Origin: Candidatus Daviesbacteria bacterium
Lineage (GTDB): Bacteria > Patescibacteriota > Microgenomatia > Daviesbacterales > UBA10151
Direction of reading: 5' to 3'
NCBI GenBank assembly: GCA_027451625.1
Contig: DAIDIY010000048.1
Span: 26,917 to 90,916, forward strand
DNA length: 64,000 nucleotides
In this document: positions 18,452 to 27,883 of the stretch, piece after piece
How the letters are laid out: each line of letters starts with the position of its first letter
Position numbering within the stretch: the stretch's first letter is position 1
Program-made: the position numbers and the translations under genes
The notes under the pieces: generated by a model
The model's database searches: none
Told to the model about the DNA's origin: nothing
What the model saw: the letters and a program-made list of their open reading frames with translations, nothing else

Positions 18452-19399
18452 TTACTTACTTTGTTTAATTTTAAGATTTTCTAAATAGTCTTCAACGTCT
18501 AAAGCTGCTTTACAGCCAGCTGCAGCAGCAGTAACTGCCTGTTTGTATATCCGATCAGCGACGTCTCCAGCCCAGAAGATACCATCGATGGATGTTTTAG
18601 TCTCGTCAAAAACTTTAATATATCCTTTATCATCAAGCTCTAGTTGAGATTTTAAAAACTCCGTATTAGGTTTATGTCCAATTGCTATAAAAACTCCAGC
18701 AATCGGCATAACGGAGGTAGTACCGTTTTTAATATTTTTTAATCTTACAGAGGTAAGAACATTCTCCCCAAGAAATTCTTCTATAACACTATCTATTATA
18801 AATTCAATATTAGGCTTCGACTTAACTAACTCTAAAAGTGCTGGTTGAGCACGAAATTCATTTCGTCTATGAACTATATACACTTTTGAACAGATCTTAG
18901 ATAGATGTTGAGCTTCTCTCATAGCCGTATCTCCTCCACCTATTACAAGAACCTCTTTCCCTTGAAAAAACAATCCGTCACAAACTGCACAAGCTGAAAC
19001 TCCATGACCAATAAACTTCTCCTCTGAAGGAATTCCTAACCACATAGCTGAAGCACCCGTAGCTATAATTACTGACTGAGCGATGACTTTTTCACTCTCA
19101 GTTTGAATTACAAACGGTCGTGTTGAGAAATCTACTTCAACCACATCTTCATTAATGAATCTTGTATTAAAACGTTCAGCTTGAGATCTCATTTGCATCA
19201 TCAGTTGAGGGCCTTGAATACCTTCACTAAACCCTGGGAAGTCATCAACATCTGTTGTAAGCATAAGTTGTCCTCCGGCAGATCTGCCTGCTATAACTAG
19301 TGGAGATAAACTTCCTCTTGCTGCATAGATAGCTGCTGTAAGTCCAGCTGGTCCTGAACCTATAATGACTAATTTTTTGATGTCTGTAGAATCTTTCAT
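18452..19399 (-). CDS. trxB: Thioredoxin reductase
   Basis: IIGSGPAGLTAAIY, CAVCDG active site, IGGGDTA, AGDV. Confidence 0.95.
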   Translation of the reverse strand: MKDSTDIKKLVIIGSGPAGLTAAIYAARGSLSPLVIAGRSAGGQLMLTTDVDDFPGFSEGIQGPQLMMQMRSQAERFNTRFINEDVVEVDFSTRPFVIQTESEKVIAQSVIIATGASAMWLGIPSEEKFIGHGVSACAVCDGLFFQGKEVLVIGGGDTAMREAQHLSKICSKVYIVHRRNEFRAQPALLELVKSKPNIEFIIDSVIEEFLGENVLTSVRLKNIKNGTTSVMPIAGVFIAIGHKPNTEFLKSQLELDDKGYIKVFDETKTSIDGIFWAGDVADRIYKQAVTAAAAGCKAALDVEDYLENLKIKQSK

Positions 19400-19423
19400 A
19401 TTTCTCCTTTTTCAAAAGATACC

Positions 19424-19690
19424 TTAAGATTTTGGAGATATCTTTACTTGGGGGATAACCTTTACAGCAGATGGTGACACTTCTTTCACTCTCATTGATG
19501 GTGTAATTATTGCTGAAGATGAAGATACTAATGGAAGAGGCGTAATGGTTGGAGTTGGTACCGACATCATAGGAGTAGGAGTTGCGGAAACAGCGACTTC
19601 CTGAGAAAATTGATTTCTAAGCCAAACGAGATATCCTGCAATAACTAATATCGTAAGTACAACAATCAGAATAGTCACATTTCGATTCAT
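19424..19690 (-). CDS. Hypothetical membrane-anchored Pro/Thr/Ser-rich protein
   Basis: N-terminal TM followed by a PTP-rich tail; start moved to MNRNV. Confidence 0.55.
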   Translation of the reverse strand: MNRNVTILIVVLTILVIAGYLVWLRNQFSQEVAVSATPTPMMSVPTPTITPLPLVSSSSAIITPSMRVKEVSPSAVKVIPQVKISPKS

Positions 19691-19779
19691 AACTTTATCG
19701 ATTTTACATGAATGTAAACATAGGTACAAGAGATGATTTTTGGCTTGCTAAAAACAAAATATTAATTTAAAATTTTTTT

Positions 19780-20502
19780 ATGCATCTCTCTCTTTTTCTT
19801 AAAGAACACCGGCAAGAAACTCCAGAAATAGAATCATTCATATTTTCTTCTAATCAAAAAATAAATTACCAGCCAGGACAATTTCTAAGATGGAATCTAC
19901 CTCATCAAAATCCTGATAATAGAGGAATATGGAGATACTTTACAGTATCATCATCTCCAGCCGAAGGTATAATCATGCTGACAACCAAATTTAGTACTCC
20001 TTCAAGTACTTTTAAGACAACTTTGCATTCACTTAAGATTGGACAGGAGATTACAGTCGAAGGGCCGTTTGGTGATTTCACTTATCCAGATCCAACCGTA
20101 AAAGCTGTCTTTATAGCAGGAGGAATAGGTATAACTCCTTTCAGATCTATTCTCACTCAGTTAGATCTATTAGGAACCAACTCACCCATTATTATTCTAT
20201 ACTCCAACAGGAATGAAGAGATTCCTTTTAAAGTACTTTTAGATGATATATCTAAAAGACGCAAAACTATAAAAATTATTTATACAGTTACAGAAAAGGA
20301 CTCTCGTTATAAAGGAGAGACAGACAAGATTGATGCTAATTTTGTTAAACAATATGTTCCCAATTATCTATCAACTGGCTTACTATATTATTTATCTGGA
20401 CCTAAACCGATGGTTGAATCAATAGAAAAAGAGCTTATTTTTCTGAAAATCTCCAAGCAACAGATAAAAAAAGACTTTTTTCCAGGATATACTGAAATAT
20501 AG
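19780..20502 (+). CDS. FAD/NAD(P)-binding oxidoreductase (ferredoxin-NADP reductase-like)
   Basis: YQPGQF, RYFTVSSSP, GPFGDF, IAGGIGITPFRS, SGPKPMV. Confidence 0.88.
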   Translation: MHLSLFLKEHRQETPEIESFIFSSNQKINYQPGQFLRWNLPHQNPDNRGIWRYFTVSSSPAEGIIMLTTKFSTPSSTFKTTLHSLKIGQEITVEGPFGDFTYPDPTVKAVFIAGGIGITPFRSILTQLDLLGTNSPIIILYSNRNEEIPFKVLLDDISKRRKTIKIIYTVTEKDSRYKGETDKIDANFVKQYVPNYLSTGLLYYLSGPKPMVESIEKELIFLKISKQQIKKDFFPGYTEI

Positions 20503-20544
20503 TAATTTTAAAGCTAATAATAGATTATAAAGGGGGTGATAAAT

Positions 20545-20748
20545 ATGTGCTTGAATTGCGGATGTGGAATAGCTGATGATCCAATGGGAAATGATGATAA
20601 TTTAACTTTAACAGATTTAGCAAAGGCAGCAATTGCAGCGGGCCAAGACGCAGAGACAACTCTAAATAACACTAGGCAGGCACTCCAAAATATTACAGTG
20701 GAAGGACTGCAAAAAAGAATAGATGAATTAAAAGATCACCAATCTTAG
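20545..20748 (+). CDS. Small Cys-motif protein (MCLNCGCG)
   Basis: Strong SD AGGGGGTGA, 67-aa ORF, followed by a terminator. Confidence 0.75.
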   Translation: MCLNCGCGIADDPMGNDDNLTLTDLAKAAIAAGQDAETTLNNTRQALQNITVEGLQKRIDELKDHQS

Positions 20749-20761
20749 ATTGGAGTGTTTT

Positions 20762-20790
20762 CTAGCCCTCTTCTGAAGAGGGCTAGTTTT
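20762..20790 (+). terminator. Intrinsic terminator
   Basis: CTAGCCCTCTT-CTG-AAGAGGGCTAG 11-bp stem followed by TTTT. Confidence 0.85.
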
Positions 20791-20888
20791 GTTAAGTACA
20801 GTCTTTATTTTAGTATTAAAAAATCAGCTAATATCTTAATCTGTTATTAATTTTATATTTAAAGGATTAAGCCCTGCTAAATATGGAA

Positions 20889-21950
20889 CTATTGTAGAGA
20901 GAATGTAGCATCTAGTAAATCGTCTATTTGTGTAGATAGTTTTTCATTTGTAAACTTTTTCAAATCTGAATTTACCATTAATTTAACTAACTCTTCAAAC
21001 CCTACTGTCGGTGCCCACCCAAGCTCTTTTTGTGCTAAAGAATAATCACCTCTAAGCTCTCTAATCTCTGTTGGACGTAATAGGCTTTTATCGCTTATAA
21101 CATGATCCTCCCAATTTAATCCTACCAAGGAAAAAGCTATCTGACAAAAATCTTTTACAGAATGTTGAGTATTAGTTCCGATAACATAATCTTTTGGAGA
21201 TGGCTGTTGTAACATAAGCCACATTGCAAATACATAATCTTTAGCGTATCCCCAATCTCGTTTAGCATCTAAATAACCCAAGTGTAGCTTTCCATTATCA
21301 TCAATTAATGGTTCTCCTAATTCGTTCAAAGGAGGCCTTTTAACTTTATTTTTAATACAAGCTACACCTACAGAAATCTTTCTTGAAACATATTGTAGCC
21401 CTCTTCTTTCACTTTCATGATTAAATAAAAATCCTCCGCATACAAAGATATTGTAGCTTTCACGATAGCAACGAACCATCATATGTGCATAAGCCTTAGA
21501 AATTCCATATGGATTATTTGCATCAAAAGGAGTCTCCTCTGTAGCAACCTCTGCCTTTATATTTCCAAACACTTCTCTTGATGTTGCCTGATAGACTCTA
21601 GAATGAGGAGAGAAATTCTTTACTGCCTCAAGAACTCTTACAATACCTAAGCCTGTTACCTCTGCCGTATAGATAGGAGTAGACCAAGAGTCGGCAGGGA
21701 CTGCTTGAGCAGCAATATTATATACTTCATCTGGCTGGTATTTTTTTATTACTCTATTTAAACTCTCAGGGTCTATTAAATCTGCGACTTCGATTTTTAT
21801 CTTCCCATAAAGATGAGATATGTTTTCCCGATAGAAACTACTCGTACGGCGAATTGTACCTATAACTTCATAGCCTTTAGATATAAGTAAATCGGCTAAA
21901 AAAGAACCGTCTTGTGAAGTTACACCAATAATAAGAGCTTTTTTAGCCAT
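20889..21950 (-). CDS. gmd: GDP-mannose 4,6-dehydratase
   Basis: GVTSQDGSFLA, YGISK (YxxxK), FNHESERRG, RDWGYAKDYV. Confidence 0.9.
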   Translation of the reverse strand: MAKKALIIGVTSQDGSFLADLLISKGYEVIGTIRRTSSFYRENISHLYGKIKIEVADLIDPESLNRVIKKYQPDEVYNIAAQAVPADSWSTPIYTAEVTGLGIVRVLEAVKNFSPHSRVYQATSREVFGNIKAEVATEETPFDANNPYGISKAYAHMMVRCYRESYNIFVCGGFLFNHESERRGLQYVSRKISVGVACIKNKVKRPPLNELGEPLIDDNGKLHLGYLDAKRDWGYAKDYVFAMWLMLQQPSPKDYVIGTNTQHSVKDFCQIAFSLVGLNWEDHVISDKSLLRPTEIRELRGDYSLAQKELGWAPTVGFEELVKLMVNSDLKKFTNEKLSTQIDDLLDATFSLQ

Positions 21951-22042
21951 ATTTAAAAGATGCTTCCCAGATTACCATAGAATCAGTTGTTTTTCAATTT
22001 AAAAATCCAAAATTTAATATCTTTATTCAAAAAACAATTAAA

Positions 22043-22999
22043 TCATAAATTATCTAGTAGTGTTTGATTTTCCCAAAATTTTAATATATCTTTTAAAGAT
22101 TCATCTATTGAGATTAATGGTTTCCAGGAGAAAGTACTCTTAAATTTATTGTTATTTCCAACAATCGTAGGAATATCCTTCTTTCTTACCTTATTTGGAT
22201 CAGTCGTGACTGTAATATTTTTCAAGCTGAAACTAATTAATTTATCCAAAATCTGTTTACCTGAATAGTCTACTCCCGAGCAGAGATTAAATGCCTCTCC
22301 CCAATTCAAATCTCTTTTTTCAATAATCTTTTTATATCCCAAGGCAACATCTCGAACGTCTAAATAGTCTCGTGTCGATTTCAGATTTCCTACTCTGATA
22401 TTCCCTTCATTATTCTTCACCTCGGCTATTTGAGAAGCAATATCCGAAACTAGAAAACCTTTCTTCTGCCCTGGGCCAATATGGTTGAACGCTCTTACAA
22501 TTATAATCTTAAGATTATGACTTCTACTATATTGATAACTTAAGATATCACCAGCTGCCTTACTTGAACCATAGAAATTAACTGGATTTATGGGAAAATT
22601 TTCATCAATCGCCACTTTAGTATCAACATCTCCATAAATCTGTGCTGAGCTTACATAGATAATCTTAGGATTAATCGAAGATGCTTCTTTAAACTTAGCA
22701 ACTGCTTGATATAGATTAAATGTACCCAAAAAATTAACATTAAAATAATCTTCTGGAGAGCAATCCCAGGTCATTGAACGAGCAGCGAGATGGACAATTA
22801 CATCAGAGCTATATTTTAACAAAGAGTCATAAATCAACTTCTCATTCTTAATATCTAAGTTAAAGGAAAGTCCATTCGTTAAATGATAAGCATACTCATC
22901 AGAATGAGTTACTGCAATTAGAAAATATTCCTTTTCTAAGCAACTAATTAAATATTTTCCAACAAACCCCCCAGCACCTGTTATTAAAACTTTTTGCAT
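22043..22999 (-). CDS. NAD-dependent epimerase/reductase (Rmd-like GDP-4-keto-6-deoxymannose reductase)
   Basis: ITGAGGFVG, YGSSK, RAFNHIGPGQ, GNLKSTRDYLDVRD; adjacent to gmd. Confidence 0.78.
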   Translation of the reverse strand: MQKVLITGAGGFVGKYLISCLEKEYFLIAVTHSDEYAYHLTNGLSFNLDIKNEKLIYDSLLKYSSDVIVHLAARSMTWDCSPEDYFNVNFLGTFNLYQAVAKFKEASSINPKIIYVSSAQIYGDVDTKVAIDENFPINPVNFYGSSKAAGDILSYQYSRSHNLKIIIVRAFNHIGPGQKKGFLVSDIASQIAEVKNNEGNIRVGNLKSTRDYLDVRDVALGYKKIIEKRDLNWGEAFNLCSGVDYSGKQILDKLISFSLKNITVTTDPNKVRKKDIPTIVGNNNKFKSTFSWKPLISIDESLKDILKFWENQTLLDNL

Positions 23000-23006
23000 T
23001 AATATC

Positions 23007-23735
23007 CTATTCTATCCCTAAAAGATGTGGTAGGATAGTTCCAAGGAAATATCCTCCAATTCCTGAGGCCGCACCAATTAACAGGACCTGTAATCCACTT
23101 TTAATATAAGGCAGAGCAGCTACCCTTCCTTTAACTACTCCAATAATAAAAAGTGCTGCAAAAGTAAATAGAATTGAAGCTATGATAGCTAATCTTCCAG
23201 AAATAAAAAAATAAGGGAAAAGAGGCACCATAGCTGATCCTAAGTAAGATGCACCTACAAACAAAGCATCTTTTTTAGGCGTTCCTGTAGGTTCAGGATC
23301 TATTCCCAATTCTTTCTGTATCATAGTATATAAAAAAGATTTTGGGCTAGAGCTTATTTTTTGAGTAACAATATGCGCACTTTCAGTAGATAAACCTTCT
23401 CTCTCAAATATTTTCTTTAACTCTTCATTTTCATAAGATGGCTTATTTTCAATCTCCTTCTTCTCTTTACTAATTTCGAAATCATGAACTTGTCTTTCGG
23501 CCTGAGAAGATAAATAAGCCCCAGTCGCCATCGAAAAAGCCCCTGCCAAAGCCTCGGAAATACCAGCCACAATAACAATATGATTATTATTAAACGCTCC
23601 CGCCACGGATGAAACAACTCCTAGAGGAACCAATAATCCGTCTTGGGCTCCAAGAACAATTTCTCTTATTTGCGATAATTTTCCAATCCTTTCCTTCTCC
23701 GCAAAGATTGCTTCTTTATTTAAATTTTGAGCCAT
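23007..23735 (-). CDS. VIT1/CCC1 family iron/manganese transporter
   Basis: REIVLGAQDGL, AGAFSMATGAYLS, acidic cytosolic domain, five TMs. Confidence 0.9.
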   Translation of the reverse strand: MAQNLNKEAIFAEKERIGKLSQIREIVLGAQDGLLVPLGVVSSVAGAFNNNHIVIVAGISEALAGAFSMATGAYLSSQAERQVHDFEISKEKKEIENKPSYENEELKKIFEREGLSTESAHIVTQKISSSPKSFLYTMIQKELGIDPEPTGTPKKDALFVGASYLGSAMVPLFPYFFISGRLAIIASILFTFAALFIIGVVKGRVAALPYIKSGLQVLLIGAASGIGGYFLGTILPHLLGIE

Positions 23736-23945
23736 CTTTTTATTATACCAATATTTAACAAAATTCCATTAATACATAACTGGATTAAATTTTTAAATAA
23801 GGTGCTCTTTTCATATAATTTTAGCAGGGATATCCTCAAATAATTCTATCTTTATATTTTTATAAAAATTCGAATAAAAACATTACTATATTTACAATTT
23901 AAGAGAGACATTATTTTTTGTAAACTCTTCGCTACAATATTCGCA

Positions 23946-24413
23946 ATGACCGCGCTGATTATTTTAATGGTCCTACTTATAATACTCATATTCAACAGAT
24001 CATTTCTTATGGAGCTCCATATGTACTTTTAGAACCATTAGTCATACACCATCTAATCAAACAAACGGAAATTAAAAAAGATAATATTTTTTACGAGCTT
24101 GGATCTGGAGACGGAAGAATTGTTATTGCTGCTGCTCTACCCCCTAAGAATTCTCTATTCTAGATTAGGTTATTAACTATTAAATAATAAAGCTAAAATT
24201 TTATCTAAAAATTTGATACTGATCTAAGCAATGCTGACATAGCTTACATGTATTTATTGCCTAAAACTACGTCTAATTTAGAATTGAAATTAGAAAAAAT
24301 TGAAGAAGAGATCTAAAATTATTAATGTTTTGCTTCCATTTCCGCTTTGGAAACCTATAGAGATAGAACTTCACAGACCAATATATGGACCTACCTATAT
24401 CTATCAGAGATAA
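23946..24413 (+). pseudogene. Degraded class I SAM-dependent methyltransferase
   Basis: Fragments GAPYV, FYELGSGDGRIVIAAA and DLSNADIAYMYLLP are separated by frameshifts and stops. Confidence 0.75.
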
Positions 24414-24590
24414 TTTGTCTTTTTCAGTTAATATTATTCCTACCCAAGGAGAAAAGCTTTCGGTAATATATTACTAGAAACTACTTAAGTGTTATAATTA
24501 CGTTCTAAAAGAAAATAACAACTCATAAAGTAGCTATTTTCAAAATACTCGAAGTTATTTAATATAAAGTGTACTTTCAAAATTAAATAT

Positions 24591-24891
24591 TCCTCGATAG
24601 CTCAACGGTAGAGCGGCTCGCTGTAAGCTATAGAAATATTTCGTATAGAGATATACAATTTGCAGCTTCCAAGAGAAATTTTGGAATGATAACTGGGTTA
24701 ATTGCGAAAAGCCTATAAAAATGGTAATCCGCAGCCAAGGGATAAGTTATTTATTCAAGGTTCAGAGACTATACGCCCGGATCCTAAGTCTGGTAAATAT
24801 AGATAAGGATAAGAGATAGTCCAAGCCTTAAGGAAACTTAGGGGCACTTGTAACGAGAAGGTTCCTGGTTCGAATCCAGGTCGAGGAGCCA
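24591..24891 (+). tRNA. tRNA-Asn(GTT), interrupted by a group I intron (exons 24591-24624 and 24851-24891)
   Basis: Joined exons give TCCTCGA/TCGAGGA acceptor, CTGTTAA anticodon loop, GGTTCGAATCC, G73 and encoded CCA. Confidence 0.92.
24625..24850 (+). ncRNA. Group I self-splicing intron (IC-type core, no ORF), 226 nt
   Basis: 5' exon ends in U, intron ends in G; P AATTGCGAAAAG 24700, Q AATCCGCAGC 24726, R GTTCAGAGACTATA 24760, S AAGAGATAGTCC 24811; IGS GCAGC 24662-66 pairs exon GCTGT. Confidence 0.92.
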
Positions 24892-25185
24892 AGCTTGACG
24901 ATCAGCGAAATTTAAGATCGTATCAAAGGGTTTTATAGCGTCATATCGGACTAATTTGCTTTATACCCTTAGGTTCGATAGTACAAGATTGATCAACTAC
25001 CTTCTTTCTTCAACTTCAGCACTTTTGAATAATTCATAAGCATTGTTTGCCAGTTCCAAAAGGTATTTAGACGTGATGTAGTAGTTATCCTCAGCTTCTT
25101 GCAGTAAAGCAATTCGGGTATCAATATCTGCTAACTGATCACGGAAAATTGATAAAATCTGTCATACTCATTGTCAGTAATTCTC
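24892..25185 (-). pseudogene. C-terminal remnant of a large serine recombinase/integrase abutting the tRNA-Asn 3' end
   Basis: RITDNEYDRFYQ/FRDQLADID...AYELFKSAEVEERR*LINLVLSNL..*..KPFD..W reading into the tRNA, with one frameshift and two stops. Confidence 0.65.
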
Positions 25186-25345
25186 CAAAGTATCTTACAT
25201 CCGGAAACTCTTGAATTATTAAAGAGAAATCCAAGGCTAGGGGAGCAAAAGTATAAAAAGATCTCTCAAACCCCCTAAAGTCTTTTTAATTATAAGCATT
25301 TTTCCTTGACACAAACTTTTAGTAGAGTAATACTAAATAGAGAAG

Positions 25346-25561
25346 GTGAGTTTTATGCTTTCTGCAAAAACATTTCTTCAGCTTGTCGGAACAATTTTCA
25401 CTATTATTGGAACTCTACATCTATTACGTCTCCTTACAGGCTGGCAAGTGGTTCTAGTCGGGTGGGCTGTACCGCTTTGGATAAGTCTCTTTGGAGCAGT
25501 AATTGGTTGGTATTTAGCATATACAGCATTTTCGCTTGCAAAAAAGAAAAACAAGAAGTAA
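25346..25561 (+). CDS. Small two-TM membrane protein
   Basis: Hydrophobic 71-aa ORF; TTGACA promoter-like element at 25306. Confidence 0.65.
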   Translation: MSFMLSAKTFLQLVGTIFTIIGTLHLLRLLTGWQVVLVGWAVPLWISLFGAVIGWYLAYTAFSLAKKKNKK

Positions 25562-25575
25562 AGGAAGTGAGCTAT

Positions 25576-25824
25576 ATGAAATTGGAAATAAAACGAGTAG
25601 CAATTGCTGGTGGAATTATGTGGGCACTCTGTTTATTCGTAACAACACTTGTAAGTGTATTTGTGGGAGGATTTGCCAAGGCTTTTCTTGACGGAATAGC
25701 CAGTATTTATCCCGGATATTCAATTTCTATAGTTGGGAGTTTTATTGGACTAATTTACGGATTTCTTGATGTATTTATTGGAGTGTACATCTTTGCATGG
25801 ATATACAAAATGGTTAGAAAATAA
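25576..25824 (+). CDS. Small membrane protein (holin-like family)
   Basis: SIYPGYSISIVGSFIGLIYGFLD..IG..FAWIYK pattern; start moved to MKLEIKR. Confidence 0.65.
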   Translation: MKLEIKRVAIAGGIMWALCLFVTTLVSVFVGGFAKAFLDGIASIYPGYSISIVGSFIGLIYGFLDVFIGVYIFAWIYKMVRK

Positions 25825-25841
25825 AATCTAAAACAAAATTA

Positions 25842-26012
25842 ATGGATAACGTTCATTTAATTACAGTAGTTGGATTAGTATTGATGATCGCACTTATCGT
25901 TGCCATGGATGTTCTATTCTTTAGAAATCACTTTTGGGAACGTCTATTAATGAATATAGGAATTGTTCTTGTGTTTTTAGCTTTTTACTTAAGATTTTTT
26001 AGACATCCATAA
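25842..26012 (+). CDS. Small two-TM membrane protein (56 aa)
   Basis: MDNVHLITVVGLVLMIALIVAMDVLFFRNHFWERLLMNIGIVLVFLAFYLRFFRHP; below the ORF-track cutoff. Confidence 0.65.
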   Translation: MDNVHLITVVGLVLMIALIVAMDVLFFRNHFWERLLMNIGIVLVFLAFYLRFFRHP

Positions 26013-26337
26013 AAAACAATATGAAAAGACCAAAATTTCTAACTGTATAGTTATTTTATTACCATTATTTACTTTAATTATAACAATTAATTCTTTTTCA
26101 CATCTTCCTTTTCTTTTATATCCTTACTAAAAGTTATGTCAGTTTTTTGGGAATTATTGCTGGTAAGATATGCGCAGTAGTCCAAATTTTAAGATTGAAA
26201 AAGATAGGAACTACGATTTTAGTATCCTTAGCAATATAGTTTTAAGTATGTTAGCTGTATTAGGAGTCAACATCATTATGTTTGGGGTTTTATAGTTACC
26301 AGTATGGAAAAATTTCAAATAGAAAAAACATTTATCC

Positions 26338-26646
26338 TCATTTTATCTTTTGTTTATTTAGCACATATTGTACAGAAGGACTTATTGGCTTGTCCTTACG
26401 ATGGAAACAACCAATCCAACAACAAGGCCTTCGCATTCCTTCTTTAAGTTCAGAAATTACTCTTTCGACATGCTGCTTTCTGGTTTCCTCCCTTTTAACT
26501 AAGGTTGCCCAGCATATCCATTCATTGCGTGCAAGTGGTGTAAGGCTTTCCCATACTGTAAGAGCTTTTGAGTCAGAAGTCAAAGCCTCACGCAAATCTA
26601 TTGGAACTTTGTGTACTGTACCGTCTGAAATATTTGTTTTTATCAT
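26338..26646 (-). CDS. YdeI/OmpD-associated family protein
   Basis: VPIDLREAL, WESLTPLARNEWICW, KREETRKQHVER. Confidence 0.82.
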   Translation of the reverse strand: MIKTNISDGTVHKVPIDLREALTSDSKALTVWESLTPLARNEWICWATLVKREETRKQHVERVISELKEGMRRPCCWIGCFHRKDKPISPSVQYVLNKQKIK

Positions 26647-26760
26647 AAAATAATGATAACAAACCTGAGAGTAAAAATAATAGACTAAGATTAGCGTATA
26701 GAACTTTGACAGTGAGTATGCGGATAGTATCACTTAATGAAAACCAATTTTAATAATCAA

Positions 26761-27828
26761 TTAATTGAAAAACTGAATAGGTAAATAAATAGAAAAGATT
26801 GATCCTTTTCCAGGAGTACTCTTTACAGAAACTGTTCCTTTATGTCGATATATTATTTGTTGAGTTATATATAAACCTAGTCCAAGTCCCCTTATATATG
26901 ATGTGGAAGGTCTTTTTTCTCTGAAGTGTTGATTAAATATTTTATGTAAATTATTTCTCTCTATACCAAAACCAAAATCTTGTACTGAAATACGAATTCT
27001 TCTCTTAGAAGAAGTTAAACTTACCTTTATATCACTATCTTTAGGGGAATATTTAGCAGCATTTGCCACTAAATTAATTAAAGTTTGACTTAGACGATAC
27101 TTATCTCCATATACAAAAATATCTGCTTTTTCTAGATCTGTTTTAAATATTATTTTGTGATCCTTAATAACTAAACGCAAGTTTTCAATAATGCTTTTCA
27201 CAAATCTAAGAATATTAATAGATTCATCTCTATAAGTAAATTTTCCACCTTCTATTTTATTTAGATCTAATAAATCATTGATAAGATTCGTTGCTCGGTC
27301 AGATTGTTCAATTATATCTGATGAATATTCGGCAAGTTTAGGAAAATTTTTCTGTACTAATTTTTTATTTAAAATTTCCGCAAATCCCCTTATCGAAGCT
27401 AGTGGATTTTTTAATTCATGAGATGCAAAATTAATAAAACTTATTTTTTGCATATTAGCCCTTATCAGAGATTCGCTTACTAAGCTAATAAAAAAACCTT
27501 CTATTATAAATATGACTAACAGAATTAGATCTTCAGCTATTCCTAAACGAATATTATGGGTTTGAAAAAAATACGTATTTATAAGACCCAGCGACAAAGT
27601 CGTAATAACCCCAGGAATTAATCCTCCATACCAAGCGCTTAACATAACTCCTAACAGTGCTAAATGTAATGAGATATATTTTCCTAAAAATACTTGTGCC
27701 AAAGTTCTTGTAAGGATGAATGAAATGGTAATAATAAAGACAAATCCATATCTAGCCCAATAGCTTTTATTCTGGGAAAAAATATATTTATTAATTAAGC
27801 GTTGTATCTGCTCTTTCCTTAAAAACAT
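26761..27828 (-). CDS. Sensor histidine kinase with DUF4118-like membrane domain
   Basis: SAWYGGLIPG, SHELKNPL H-box, NLVANAAKYS, DFGFGI, GLGLGLYI. Confidence 0.92.
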   Translation of the reverse strand: MFLRKEQIQRLINKYIFSQNKSYWARYGFVFIITISFILTRTLAQVFLGKYISLHLALLGVMLSAWYGGLIPGVITTLSLGLINTYFFQTHNIRLGIAEDLILLVIFIIEGFFISLVSESLIRANMQKISFINFASHELKNPLASIRGFAEILNKKLVQKNFPKLAEYSSDIIEQSDRATNLINDLLDLNKIEGGKFTYRDESINILRFVKSIIENLRLVIKDHKIIFKTDLEKADIFVYGDKYRLSQTLINLVANAAKYSPKDSDIKVSLTSSKRRIRISVQDFGFGIERNNLHKIFNQHFREKRPSTSYIRGLGLGLYITQQIIYRHKGTVSVKSTPGKGSIFSIYLPIQFFN

Positions 27829-27883
27829 CGTCGGGTTATATACAAAATACTAAACGCCTAAAAAGGCTTTTATATAATTTTTA

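Noticed and set aside
25226-25250. AATCCAAGGCTAGGGGAGC as a second att copy of the tRNA-Asn 3' end
   Set aside because: Only loose similarity to AATCCAGGTCGAGGAGC; too degenerate to support
25306-25824. 172-aa ORF as a single gene
   Set aside because: Its TTG start is a -35 hexamer and the first half overlaps the 25346-25561 gene; the likely gene starts at 25576
25576-25824. Holin-like gene as evidence of a prophage
   Set aside because: No endolysin, capsid, terminase or tail genes nearby
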